From Entomomonas sp. (GTDB lineage: Bacteria; Pseudomonadota; Gammaproteobacteria; Pseudomonadales; Pseudomonadaceae), in the NCBI GenBank assembly GCA_040391985.1, contig JBEBWU010000001.1, positions 1-37,442 of the forward strand: DNA of 37,442 nucleotides, written 5' to 3'. The position numbers and the translations under genes are program-made. The notes beneath the pieces are model-generated. The model made no database searches and had not been told where the DNA came from. It saw only the letters and a program-made list of their open reading frames with translations. Positions 1-8,542 of the stretch are shown piece after piece. Position 1 is the stretch's first letter. Each line of letters opens with the position of its first letter.

Positions 1-715
1 GTCTTACAACAGAAAATTCACGGCGTGGTTCGACATGGATATCACTGGCACGTTGTTGGAAAGCGTATTGGAATAACCAGTCTACAATTTTAATAATGTG
101 AGAATCATCAGCATTAGGATCATCTGCGTTACTGGTAAGGCTGACAAGTTGTTCAAAACTACTATTTGAAATATTACCAGCGAGATTTTCACCTGATGCT
201 TCAGTAACTGAACTACTTAGATTATAAAACTCATTAGTTAAGCGTTGAATATCTGCTGGGTTAATTACAATTCGTTCTATTGGGCGTTTTAATACATGTT
301 GTAAATTTTGCTCCCATGCTTTAACAAGTGGTTGCACACTAGCAATGACAACTTTTTCAGGAGTAGATTCAACGGCTAAAATTTGATTGCGTTTAGCAAA
401 GGCATATGACATAACGGATGTAACAGAATTTACATCTACTTTTAGGGGGTCAATACGACGGTAAGGCTGTTTTACATAATCTGCTAACCAGATTGATAAG
501 GTTTCAATATCTAGCTTTTTACCAGGGCGACTTAAGTCATCTATTTTTTGATTAGCAATCACTTCTAAAGGGCTTTGGATGGCTAAAGGTGTATCTGCCT
601 GTGTCATATAGCAGAGATCTTTAGCCCGTTTAGTGATACGCTCTTGTGCGAGAAGCTCATTTAATAGATCGCTTAGTGTCAGAATCCGATCTGGAGTAGA
701 AGTGTTAATAGCCAT
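1..715 (-). CDS. Host GspE/PulE/PilB-family secretion/pilus ATPase, N-terminal part (runs off the window start)
   Basis: Manual translation from ATG at 715: MAINTSTPDR...PYRRIDPLKVD...IIKIVDWLFQYASQQRASDIHVEPRR. The ASDIHxEP motif is typical of GspE/PilB. Not in the ORF track because it is truncated. Confidence 0.88.
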   Translation of the reverse strand, partial: MAINTSTPDRILTLSDLLNELLAQERITKRAKDLCYMTQADTPLAIQSPLEVIANQKIDDLSRPGKKLDIETLSIWLADYVKQPYRRIDPLKVDVNSVTSVMSYAFAKRNQILAVESTPEKVVIASVQPLVKAWEQNLQHVLKRPIERIVINPADIQRLTNEFYNLSSSVTEASGENLAGNISNSSFEQLVSLTSNADDPNADDSHIIKIVDWLFQYAFQQRASDIHVEPRREFSVVR

Positions 716-842
716 ATTGAGAAATCGATCTGTTTGTTAATTGAATGTAATATCATAGCGAATATTTGTTAATAAAACTTGTTTTAGAACTAATTTTAAT
801 AACAAAATTATATTACGAATTTTAATTAGACATTAAAAATAC

Positions 843-870
843 TTGACAGTTTGTTGGTTCAGGTTAAAAT
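843..870 (+). promoter_or_regulatory. sigma70 promoter of the tRNA gene
   Basis: TTGACA (843-848), 16 bp spacer, TAAAAT (865-870), AT-rich upstream sequence; ends 14 nt before the tRNA. Confidence 0.8.
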
Positions 871-884
871 TCACAACCCTATAT

Positions 885-961
885 AGGCATATAGCTCAGC
901 TGGTTAGAGCATCACCTTGACATGGTGGGGGTCGTTGGTTCGAGTCCAATTATGCCTACCA
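885..961 (+). tRNA. tRNA-Val (anticodon GAC), integration target
   Basis: Acceptor stem AGGCATA/TATGCCT, D arm GCTC-AGCTGGTTA-GAGC, anticodon arm TCACC-TTGACAT-GGTGG, T loop GTTCGAGT, encoded ACCA end; 77 nt. Confidence 0.97.
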
Positions 962-1002
962 AATTAAGATTTAATAAATCTCTTGAAACCCCTATAAAGT
1001 CC
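948..1002 (+). repeat. attL core direct repeat (at least 55 bp)
   Basis: AATTATGCCTACCAAATTAAGATTTAATAAATCTCTTGAAACCCCTATAAAGTCC is identical to 37388-37442. Confidence 0.95.
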
Positions 1003-1028
1003 TTGATAAATGGCTTTTAGGGGTTTTT
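986..1028 (+). terminator. Putative intrinsic terminator after the tRNA
   Basis: AAACCCCTA-T-AAAGTC pairs with GGCTTT-TAGGGGTTT and ends in a T run. Confidence 0.65.
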
Positions 1029-1084
1029 CATTACTTGCAATTGCTCCACAATTAAGCTACTTTATACCCACTTTTACCCCATTC

Positions 1085-1113
1085 AAGACGACAAAAAGAC
1101 GACTATGGCGACT
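1085..1113 (+). promoter_or_regulatory. Putative integrase arm-type sites (left arm)
   Basis: AAGACGACA (1085), AAGACGACT (1096), ATGGCGACT (1105). The same motif pair, also 11 bp apart, recurs at 37316-37335. Confidence 0.65.
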
Positions 1114-2118
1114 ATCAGAAAGCGTAGTAAAGGCTGGCAAGTTCAAATAAAAAAGAAAATTAACGGTCAAGTTATTAGAGAATCTAAAACATTCTCAACT
1201 AAAGCAGAGGCCCAAGCATGGGAGATTATGCGAGAAGCTGAGTTAATGGAATCTGATAGAAAAGGGTTAATAGTTGGCAATAAGCATTCTTTGTATGATG
1301 CCTTAGTAAAATATCGTGATGAAGTGGCAAATAAAAAGAAGAGTGTTAAATGGCTAACAACTAAAATAAATAACTTTATAGATACATTGCCTTTTAAGGG
1401 TGATCTGATAACAAGTATTAAGCCTATCAAGTTTGCAGAGTTTAGAGATTACAGATTGCAAACTGTCAAAGAATCTACAGTAATAAAAGAGCTAGGCATA
1501 CTTTCAGTTGTTTACAGTAAAGCTATAAAAGAATGGGGATGGTGTTCGTTTAATCCTATTAGTCATGTTGAGAAACCAAAGAAACCAAAACATAGAAACA
1601 GATTAATATCAGGTGATGAAATAGAATCAATATTATCTATCTTAGATTATAAAGAGGGTGAGCCGCCAAAAACCAAAAAACAAGAGCTTGCTTATGCGTT
1701 CCTATTAGCCATAGAAACAGCTATGAGACAGGGCGAGTTATTAAGCCTTACCTATGATAGTGTGTATTTGAACAAAAGTTTTGTTCATCTTGATAAAACT
1801 AAGAACGGTGATACAAGGGATGTACCATTAAGCAATAGAGCTAAATTTTTATTTGAACAGATTATTAAAAACAGCAATGAAAATAATAAACTATTTACTT
1901 TAAATTCTGCCAGTGCGGACGCTTTATTTAGACGCTATAGAGATAGGATAGGGTTAAAAGATTTACATTTTCACGATACTAGACACGAAGCAACAACACG
2001 ACTAGCTAAGAAATTACACGTATTAGAATTAGCTAAAACAACAGGCCATAGAAATATAAATGAGTTAATGACTTACTACAACGAAACAGCCGAGAGTATA
2101 GCTAGTAAGCTGGATTAA
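1105..2118 (+). CDS. int: Tyrosine recombinase / phage integrase
   Basis: Catalytic residues: TAMRQGEL (R), KTKNG (K), FHDTRHE (HxxR), TGH, MTYY (Y). N-terminal arm-binding MATIRKR..WQVQI. Next to attL. Confidence 0.96.
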   Translation: MATIRKRSKGWQVQIKKKINGQVIRESKTFSTKAEAQAWEIMREAELMESDRKGLIVGNKHSLYDALVKYRDEVANKKKSVKWLTTKINNFIDTLPFKGDLITSIKPIKFAEFRDYRLQTVKESTVIKELGILSVVYSKAIKEWGWCSFNPISHVEKPKKPKHRNRLISGDEIESILSILDYKEGEPPKTKKQELAYAFLLAIETAMRQGELLSLTYDSVYLNKSFVHLDKTKNGDTRDVPLSNRAKFLFEQIIKNSNENNKLFTLNSASADALFRRYRDRIGLKDLHFHDTRHEATTRLAKKLHVLELAKTTGHRNINELMTYYNETAESIASKLD

Positions 2119-2417
2119 ATGCTACCAGTATCTAATAAGTTAAATATTTCAGCATCAAAATTAATATCAGGATTTGCATCTTGTTTTATTTTTATTTCCA
2201 TTAAGTTTTCTAATAGATTGGCTTCTATTGGGGTATTATTACCAATGTTACCCCAACAAAAAACAAGTCCGTCACTAGGTTGGTCAAGAATAAAAATAGG
2301 GTTATCCTCATAAGTTGGCATCAGTTCATTTATTTCATTAAAACAAGATTCAAGTTTACTGAATGCTTTTAATGTTTTATCTTGCAGTCTTTTGGCTAGT
2401 TTCTCTATATCTTTCAT
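2115..2417 (-). CDS. Hypothetical phage protein (end of early leftward operon)
   Basis: 100-aa ORF converging on int; no motif recognised. Confidence 0.65.
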   Translation of the reverse strand: MKDIEKLAKRLQDKTLKAFSKLESCFNEINELMPTYEDNPIFILDQPSDGLVFCWGNIGNNTPIEANLLENLMEIKIKQDANPDINFDAEIFNLLDTGSI

Positions 2418-2498
2418 TTTACTACTTCCGTTTTTTCGACTTCATTTGAGGTTATAAAATCAATAAGTTATGAAATCCTAGGTAGAATAAGTAAAATT

Positions 2499-2852
2499 CT
2501 ACCCAGTATTTTTAGCTCTAAACTCATCAAGTGCATTAAGCATTATTTCTATTTCTGCATCAGTTACCTTTAAATCTCTAAATCTATATCTATTATTCTT
2601 ATATTTTTTATTCAGTAAAATCTGTTTTTCTTCTTCTATTGTCCATTGCTTTAATGACCTAGTATGAAAACTGTAACTATTATAAGGTACTTTTTTACCA
2701 TCTTTTCGACTGTATTTTTCTTCAATACTAAATTTTGGATATTTAATTAAAACTAAGGTCTTTGTAATTCTTGATACAGTTGCAATATCATTTTCTTTAT
2801 AATTACCTACAATAACCTTATCGCCTATTTTTAATTCATCTAACCAACTCAT
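2499..2852 (-). CDS. Hypothetical phage protein (SH3-like beta-barrel N-terminus)
   Basis: LKIGDKVIV...ATVSRITKT...EKYSRKDG pattern seen in small phage proteins; packed into the operon. Confidence 0.7.
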   Translation of the reverse strand: MSWLDELKIGDKVIVGNYKENDIATVSRITKTLVLIKYPKFSIEEKYSRKDGKKVPYNSYSFHTRSLKQWTIEEEKQILLNKKYKNNRYRFRDLKVTDAEIEIMLNALDEFRAKNTG

Positions 2853-2855
2853 AAC

Positions 2856-3152
2856 TTAAACCTTATTCTTATGAATGTTATAGTGGGCTAAAACTTTAGC
2901 ACTTGACCAAGGTCCCACCTTATATTTACCGCATCTACCTAGTTCAGATTGTGGAAAGTTAGGCATGTTTTTTAGCCGTTGAGCTTTTTTCTTACTACAG
3001 TTTAAAAACTCGGCAATATCATCTAACGTATGCAAAAGTATCTCAGGCCGTTCTTCTGGTTGTTGTGCTTTAATCATTGCCTCAATGCTATTCATCTTTT
3101 CAAGAAGTGTTATAAAATCTTGCTTAGTCATTGGTTCGGTGTTTGTTTGCAT
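2856..3152 (-). CDS. Excisionase / AlpA-like HTH protein
   Basis: LHTLDDIAEFLNCSKKKAQRLKNMPNFPQ...WSSAKV fits a Xis/AlpA winged helix; close to int on the opposite strand. Confidence 0.65.
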   Translation of the reverse strand: MQTNTEPMTKQDFITLLEKMNSIEAMIKAQQPEERPEILLHTLDDIAEFLNCSKKKAQRLKNMPNFPQSELGRCGKYKVGPWSSAKVLAHYNIHKNKV

Positions 3153-3153
3153 G

Positions 3154-3582
3154 TTACTTAACCTCTGGTACTGTTAATTCAGCAAAATAGGTAATATTTC
3201 TATCCTTAATAAAAACAATAAGTTCATCATGGTTTAGGGTACAAAGACCGTCTACGGTATAGGTAAATGACTGGAAATTTACATAAGTATTTTGCATTCC
3301 TATAACTATCGTATAAACCTTTGGCCCCTCTGTGTCAGTATCGCTATAAAATAGCCAGTCGTTTACTTCAATATCCTTTATACTGTCAGCAGTAAATTCC
3401 TCTATAGGCTGCCAGTTATTAACTGGTTGGCGAGTGTTCCACGTTGATATAATGTAATCAATATCTTCAGCTTTATCTGTTATAACAGAGCATTTCTTAC
3501 ATTTAACATGGTTAGTAAATTTATCATAAGAAAATATATATGCTTCACCCCCACAAAAAGGGCATGGTTTAAGTCCTGTCAT
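3154..3582 (-). CDS. Lar-family restriction alleviation protein with C-terminal extension
   Basis: LKPCPFCGG...VKCKKC...ISTWNTR zinc-ribbon signature, followed by a WQPIE segment. Confidence 0.8.
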   Translation of the reverse strand: MTGLKPCPFCGGEAYIFSYDKFTNHVKCKKCSVITDKAEDIDYIISTWNTRQPVNNWQPIEEFTADSIKDIEVNDWLFYSDTDTEGPKVYTIVIGMQNTYVNFQSFTYTVDGLCTLNHDELIVFIKDRNITYFAELTVPEVK

Positions 3583-3593
3583 TCTGTTATCTC

Positions 3594-3824
3594 CTAAAAA
3601 TTAAATGCTTCTTCAATCCAAATGTTACTAGTTCCCCATTTATTACCACGCCTAAATGTATAAGCACCTGATGCTGCTGGCTCAGCTTTACAAACAACTT
3701 TTGGATGTGGCGAAAGTTCAGTAATTTTTCCTTTGTAGCGTTTACCTGTTTTACTATCGTAAATTATTACTTCATCACCTATTTTTTTATTACTACACCA
3801 AAATAAAGGTATTTTATTTTCCAT
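3594..3824 (-). CDS. Hypothetical phage protein
   Basis: 76-aa ORF overlapping the csrA stop; operon context. Confidence 0.6.
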   Translation of the reverse strand: MENKIPLFWCSNKKIGDEVIIYDSKTGKRYKGKITELSPHPKVVCKAEPAASGAYTFRRGNKWGTSNIWIEEAFNF

Positions 3825-3996
3825 TTCCTTGTTTCTCCCTCTGAATACGTTTATAAATTTCCTCGCGGTGTACTGCCACCTCTTTAGGTGCGTTCACACC
3901 AATACGAACATTTTTACCTTTAACACCTAAAACAGTAATAGTTACATCGTCACCTACTGTTATAGCTTCGTCCACGTTTCTAGTTAGTATTAGCAT
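3814..3996 (-). CDS. csrA: Phage-encoded CsrA/RsmA RNA-binding protein
   Basis: [50 protein letters not shown] is near-canonical CsrA, including the Arg44-equivalent in HREE. Confidence 0.95.
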   Translation of the reverse strand: MLILTRNVDEAITVGDDVTITVLGVKGKNVRIGVNAPKEVAVHREEIYKRIQREKQGNGK

Positions 3997-4249
3997 TGTT
4001 TTGATTCCTTTTTGTTTTATAAAACCTATCTCTATTGAATGAATACTGGCAAGATTGAGCTAATGCACTTTGCCAATCATTATGTGTTTTTTTAACATTA
4101 GGTTTGTTAATCCAAAACTCTTTAAACTCTTGTAATACGGATGGCTTAACATTTTTATCTGTTACTCCTAACTTAATTAGATAATCAGGAAAAGATTTAT
4201 CAGGTATCCAGTTTTCATGCATTGAGAAAAGCGCATTAATCATTCTCAA
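3980..4249 (-). CDS. DnaT-like ssDNA-binding domain protein
   Basis: [11 protein letters not shown]...LQEFKEFW...[12 protein letters not shown] matches the DnaT C-terminal domain pattern. Confidence 0.7.
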   Translation of the reverse strand: MRMINALFSMHENWIPDKSFPDYLIKLGVTDKNVKPSVLQEFKEFWINKPNVKKTHNDWQSALAQSCQYSFNRDRFYKTKRNQNNANTN

Positions 4250-4281
4250 ACTCCAAGCCTACCGCGAGGGTAGGCGGTTTA

Positions 4282-4977
4282 TTATTTCTTAATAATGTTG
4301 TAAACGTTGTTATCTGGGTTATCATCTTCTAGCTGTAATTCGATGATCTTGTCATCAAGTAACCTTAGAATTACCCGTCGTGCTTCATCTTGTGTTAATT
4401 CAAAAACATCAATTAAGGTTAAAATACTGGTGGTTGAGTATGCGTCTGGCAAGGTAAGAGCATTTACAATTTCTTGATAGGTTGCATTGCTATAAATATC
4501 AGCTTGATCTATAACGGTTTCAGGTAATAGTTTTTCTTCGTCAGTTATTGGTAAATCTGGCTGATCTTTGTCAGGTTTAACAGCGTGTAAATTACCCATG
4601 TTTTCGGCTGCGTCAGCTAAGATAATTAAACAATTACCACCGCCTGAATGTTCGATTAGTTCTAATTTGTCATCACTGCTACACTTGGTTACATCTACTT
4701 TTAATTCAATACCACCTTTAACGGTTGCTTGTTTAATAACTCCATCAATAACAGGCTTATTTTCACTTGATAGTAAATGAACAGCACGACCAACCATTTC
4801 CTTAGTTGCACGTCTAGCGCGTTCTATTACATCATCTTGCTTAACTTCGTTTAGTTTCTGCCATACATCAGGTAAGGCTTTTATTTCTTGAACAATAAAA
4901 GCAATAAATGATTCCCCAATATTGGCGGCTGTCATTGTTTTTAAGATTGCTTTTTGTTCTTCGGTTAATTCAGACAT
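4282..4977 (-). CDS. Conserved phage protein with a possible C-terminal FtsK-gamma-like winged helix
   Basis: N-terminal EIKALPDVWQKLNEVKQDDVIER is recalled from proteobacterial prophages. C-terminal EARRVILRLLDDKII resembles the FtsK gamma domain. Confidence 0.55.
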   Translation of the reverse strand: MSELTEEQKAILKTMTAANIGESFIAFIVQEIKALPDVWQKLNEVKQDDVIERARRATKEMVGRAVHLLSSENKPVIDGVIKQATVKGGIELKVDVTKCSSDDKLELIEHSGGGNCLIILADAAENMGNLHAVKPDKDQPDLPITDEEKLLPETVIDQADIYSNATYQEIVNALTLPDAYSTTSILTLIDVFELTQDEARRVILRLLDDKIIELQLEDDNPDNNVYNIIKK

Positions 4978-5013
4978 TGTTTAAATCTCCGTTGTTAAAA
5001 ATAAACGACTAGG

Positions 5014-5916
5014 CTATTTGCCCTTGTCGTAGGTTGGTTTTGTTGCTGGTTCTGGTTGTAGAATTTCACCTGTTGCAAGGTCTACTTGTTCGCCTTGCTG
5101 GTGTTCTAGTTCTTGGGTTTGCTCGGTTACTTCATCTAATACACTGTAATCAACATCATCTATAAACTTATCGTTATCTTGGCTTACACCAGCCTCCGCC
5201 AATTCGTCATAAGTAACGGCTTTAGTCATTTCAACGCTAACAGGTAAGTATTTAAATAAGCGTCTAATAACTGTTTTCTTTGCCATTTCTTCATAGTGAG
5301 TTGACCAAGGGCTATAAGTTGAGCCAGCCGCCTTAGATTGTGCTTTCACTTTGTCTACTTGGGCTTTGCTCATTACTTCAAATTGCACGCCACCATCTTT
5401 AAGATTTGCCACAGCGTAAACAAAAATTAATGCGCCTCTATCGGCTTCAAATGATGGTTTGTGTTTAATGGTAGGATTTAGGCCAAGTTCATAATCAAAA
5501 TGATCTTTCTCATAAACGGCAAACGCTGAAAGGCTAACCATTTGACCCGAACGCCTAGCAAGGTCGATCATGCCGCGATAACCGATAATAAATTGACACT
5601 CTGTAATACCTTTCTTATTGTTCTTAAAAGGTAATAAGTAGGCTTGTCCTAGTCCGTTGCTAGGTTCTAAACCTAATTGAGCGCATTGCATAATCGCACC
5701 TAAGAAACTTAATTGGTCGCACTTCTTAAGCTCTGGTACTCTGTTAATTTCAGTAATAGCAACACGCGATAAGCGTTCGGCTGTTACGTGTTTAGGCAAT
5801 GCTAAAGCTATTTGTTTTTTAACATTGTCACTAGCTAATAAAGCGGCTAATGTTTTTGGCTTTTGTTCCTCTGGTGTTTTACCAGTTGCAACGGCTTTTA
5901 ATGCTTCAGTTGACAT
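5014..5916 (-). CDS. recT: RecT single-strand annealing protein
   Basis: ALPKHVTAERL, AQLGLEP..GLGQAYLLPF, QFIIGYRGMIDLARRSG, EEMAKKTVIRRLFKYLPVS. Confidence 0.96.
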   Translation of the reverse strand: MSTEALKAVATGKTPEEQKPKTLAALLASDNVKKQIALALPKHVTAERLSRVAITEINRVPELKKCDQLSFLGAIMQCAQLGLEPSNGLGQAYLLPFKNNKKGITECQFIIGYRGMIDLARRSGQMVSLSAFAVYEKDHFDYELGLNPTIKHKPSFEADRGALIFVYAVANLKDGGVQFEVMSKAQVDKVKAQSKAAGSTYSPWSTHYEEMAKKTVIRRLFKYLPVSVEMTKAVTYDELAEAGVSQDNDKFIDDVDYSVLDEVTEQTQELEHQQGEQVDLATGEILQPEPATKPTYDKGK

Positions 5917-5930
5917 GGGTGTTACTCCTA

Positions 5931-6833
5931 TTATTTGAGTCTAAAAACTCTACTTTGTGAAGATTTAACGAATTGATTAAATAATTCGGGGTGCTGTGCT
6001 TTAAACTCAGTTTGATTAAAGCGGTTGGCGGCTTGTGTTTTCCAAGTAGCAACGGGCGAGCCGTCAATAGTTAGAATGGCGTTATCTTGCATAAACATTT
6101 TTAAACGTTCTTCGGCTTCATCTATTAGCACAGATAAACTTTTAGATTGTGCTTTGAGATCGCGTAAGTTATTAAATACATCAATAACTTTGCTATCAGC
6201 TTCTATAGCTGTACCAGCATCATTTCCATAAAGCCTTAATATGTCGCTAGTCTTTATTGCTTCTGGCGGTGTAAGTGTTTGTACACACTCCCAAAATTGA
6301 ATTTCTTTCTCACGAATAGCTGCAATAGTTTCGTTGTCTCTTTCTACTTGGTATATTCTGAAATCATCAGCACCAATAAGAACACCTAAAACACAAATAT
6401 CCTTACCCGTAACCATAAGGCCATGCATAACTTGTGCTGTGTAATAAACTGGTATTGAATCGGTTTGTACTTCTCCCCACTCTTTAGCCTTGAATGGTGA
6501 AACTGTTTTAATCTCTACGTTTTCGCCTGTTTTGGCTTCTGCATCAATTTCGGCTGCTATAAAGTCCAGTTCTTTATCTTTATAACGTTGACCACGTTTA
6601 ATAATTTCTAGTCCTGTTTCCTCTTGTAGAAGATCAATAACATAAGGTTCCATGCGTGTGCCACGTGCAAAGATTTTTCTTTGCTGTTCGGTTAATTCAA
6701 TATCCTGTTTGCGTGGTTGTGTTTTATCCAAGAAAACATCTAACGGAGTACGCCAAGGGCTTATTCCTAAAATCGGGGCTATATCACTACCACCAATGTA
6801 TTTAGTTCTGTCTAGTTGTTGAGTTGCTTGCAT
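5931..6833 (-). CDS. YqaJ-like viral recombinase exonuclease
   Basis: RTKYIGGSDIAPILGISPWRTPLDV, EIKT, YYTAQVMHGL; adjacent to recT. Confidence 0.93.
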   Translation of the reverse strand: MQATQQLDRTKYIGGSDIAPILGISPWRTPLDVFLDKTQPRKQDIELTEQQRKIFARGTRMEPYVIDLLQEETGLEIIKRGQRYKDKELDFIAAEIDAEAKTGENVEIKTVSPFKAKEWGEVQTDSIPVYYTAQVMHGLMVTGKDICVLGVLIGADDFRIYQVERDNETIAAIREKEIQFWECVQTLTPPEAIKTSDILRLYGNDAGTAIEADSKVIDVFNNLRDLKAQSKSLSVLIDEAEERLKMFMQDNAILTIDGSPVATWKTQAANRFNQTEFKAQHPELFNQFVKSSQSRVFRLK

Positions 6834-6842
6834 GATTAACTC

Positions 6843-7412
6843 CTAAAATGGTATTCCGTCATTGTCGATTACGTCAGGATAGACGCTTTTATTTTCTAAA
6901 ACATAGAAATTGGCTTGCGGTACAATAGAAGCAAGGCGTTTAGCTTCTTTCTGTGCGCTTTCAAATGTGTAATGTTTATGTTTTGGTGGACTGTCTCCAC
7001 TAGGCGACCAAACAAGATAAAAGTTATTTTTCTTGTCGTTTATGTACTTTCTAACTCTATTTAAAAATTCGGTATAATGATCGTCGTTTACTGTTGAGGT
7101 GGTGGCAGTAAACTTTTCTACTATCTCACCTTGATCTGTAAAAATGCGAAGATCAAAGAAACTAAAGCCATTTGCTACATGGCTTTCCAGTTTATAGATT
7201 AAGCCTAATTCTAATAACTGTTCAGCAAGTTTAAGCGTTTCAATTTTAAGGTCAGTAAAGTTAGTTAAAGGGTCGTAATTTAAAGAGCAATTTAACTTGT
7301 TGGCTAAATCTTCCGCTTCTTTTTGTGGGCCTAGAAAGCCACCTAACCATTCGTTATTAGGTGTAAGTACGCCATAACGGCCACTAGCTTTATGTATTGC
7401 TTTATAATTCAT
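6843..7412 (-). CDS. Hypothetical phage protein with an acidic SSB-like C-terminal tail
   Basis: Likely ATG at 7412 with a GAGG RBS (the ORF track extends to 7433). Contains FYLVWSPSG..PKHKH..ESAQKEAKRLA and ends NDGIPF. Confidence 0.7.
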   Translation of the reverse strand: MNYKAIHKASGRYGVLTPNNEWLGGFLGPQKEAEDLANKLNCSLNYDPLTNFTDLKIETLKLAEQLLELGLIYKLESHVANGFSFFDLRIFTDQGEIVEKFTATTSTVNDDHYTEFLNRVRKYINDKKNNFYLVWSPSGDSPPKHKHYTFESAQKEAKRLASIVPQANFYVLENKSVYPDVIDNDGIPF

Positions 7413-7438
7413 AAAAACCTCGTTTACTAACAATCGTT

Positions 7439-7759
7439 TTATTGGTCTACTTCGTTAATGTTTAAGATGATGTCATTAGTAAAATAAACGCCTTGATAAC
7501 CATTTTTTATATCTATATCTATAACTTGGTTGTCAGGCATTTTTACCCTTATCTCAGAGGGAAAATTACTATCTAACTTTTTAAGCTCTCTGACGGTTTC
7601 TACTATTTCTTTTTTGATATTGTCTAAAAGTTCTGCACTTGCCTTAAGCTCTTGTTCAATATTTGCTACTGTTAGCTTTTGGTTCTTAACTAAGAACAAT
7701 AGTTTTTTTAAGTGCTTTCTTTTTTCGTTTATTTCGCTTGAATTATTTTGTGTTGTCAT
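7439..7759 (-). CDS. Hypothetical coiled-coil phage protein
   Basis: 106-aa ORF with an AAGGA RBS, in the leftward operon. Confidence 0.65.
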   Translation of the reverse strand: MTTQNNSSEINEKRKHLKKLLFLVKNQKLTVANIEQELKASAELLDNIKKEIVETVRELKKLDSNFPSEIRVKMPDNQVIDIDIKNGYQGVYFTNDIILNINEVDQ

Positions 7760-7792
7760 GATGTAGTTCCTTGTGTGTTACCTGTTTAATTA

Positions 7793-7838
7793 ACCTTTTC
7801 TCGTTATCCCACTCTAAGAATGGGATAAGGGGAGAGGG
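7793..7838. other. Long intergenic stem-loop in the early leftward transcript (processing site or terminator)
   Basis: CCTTTTCTC-G-TTATCCCA...TGGGATAA-G-GGGAGAGGG inverted repeat. Confidence 0.55.
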
Positions 7839-7841
7839 CTA

Positions 7842-8162
7842 TTAAATGCGCCCTTGTTTTTTATTAAATTCCTCTTTACTGAATAACTTTTTAAATAGTT
7901 CAAATCCTTTTTTTGTAAAATCAATAGTGTTTCTATCCTTTTCTTGGTTTTCTATCGTTACGATTACTAATTCTTTTTTTACTAAGCTGGTTACAATTCC
8001 TTTTACCTGGCTAACGTTTATATCTTTTGTTGTAAAATCTTCTATCCAGTAGAAAGTACCTGTTTCTTCTATAGTTTCAGGATAAGAACCGTTACTATGT
8101 GAATATTCATGTTGAGCAATTTGAAATAAAATCTCTTTTTCTAAATCCGTAATGTGTTCCAT
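7842..8162 (-). CDS. Hypothetical protein, probable winged-helix fold
   Basis: ITDLEKEIL...SQVKGIVTSLVKKELV...IDFTKKG resembles a MarR-type winged helix; AGGAG RBS. Confidence 0.65.
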   Translation of the reverse strand: MEHITDLEKEILFQIAQHEYSHSNGSYPETIEETGTFYWIEDFTTKDINVSQVKGIVTSLVKKELVIVTIENQEKDRNTIDFTKKGFELFKKLFSKEEFNKKQGRI

Positions 8163-8171
8163 GATTAACTC

Positions 8172-8273
8172 CTAATAACCTGATAAATGTCCTAAAATCA
8201 TTACTAAATAGAGCAGGGCGAAAATTCCAGCACATGCTAGAAATTCGCCTATATACTCGATTAACTGTTTCAT
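8172..8273 (-). CDS. Small hydrophobic peptide (33 aa), absent from the ORF track
   Basis: MKQLIEYIGEFLACAGIFALLYLVMILGHLSGY. ATGA overlap with the upstream stop; its TAG overlaps the next RBS. Confidence 0.65.
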   Translation of the reverse strand: MKQLIEYIGEFLACAGIFALLYLVMILGHLSGY

Positions 8274-8542
8274 GCTGCCGCCTTGCTTAAACTTTCTAAC
8301 AGTTTGCGTAGTGTTTCCACGTATTCGGCTGCATCTTCATCGGTTGAAGATTTAAGACTTATGGTTTCAACTTTTGAGTTAATTGTAGTAATCACATAAG
8401 AGCTAGCATTGCATGAATGCTCACCTAAACAGTTGAATCCGATAGTTGTGGTTAAACTACAAATGATTTCATTAGCTTTTAATTCAGCTATTGAATTAGT
8501 TAGCTGGAATAACTGTGCTAGTTTCATAACTGCCACTCCCAT
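8270..8542 (-). CDS. Hypothetical phage protein
   Basis: 90-aa ORF ending KAAA, coupled to neighbours; true start may be the second Met. Confidence 0.6.
   Translation of the reverse strand: MGVAVMKLAQLFQLTNSIAELKANEIICSLTTTIGFNCLGEHSCNASSYVITTINSKVETISLKSSTDEDAAEYVETLRKLLESLSKAAA

Noticed and set aside
2458-2470. Exact IHF consensus AATCAATAAGTTA in an intergenic gap
   Set aside because: Far from att, and such AT-rich matches arise easily by chance; no supporting context.
4257-4275. GCCTACC/GGTAGGC hairpin as a terminator of the leftward operon
   Set aside because: There is no U-tract on the transcribed (minus) strand and the next RBS follows directly; function unassigned.
1167-8052. Short ORFs opposite int and the early genes (e.g. 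1167-1430, 2119-2313, 4568-4780, 6025-6231, 7530-7766, 7846-8052)
   Set aside because: Antisense shadows with non-ATG starts or no RBS.
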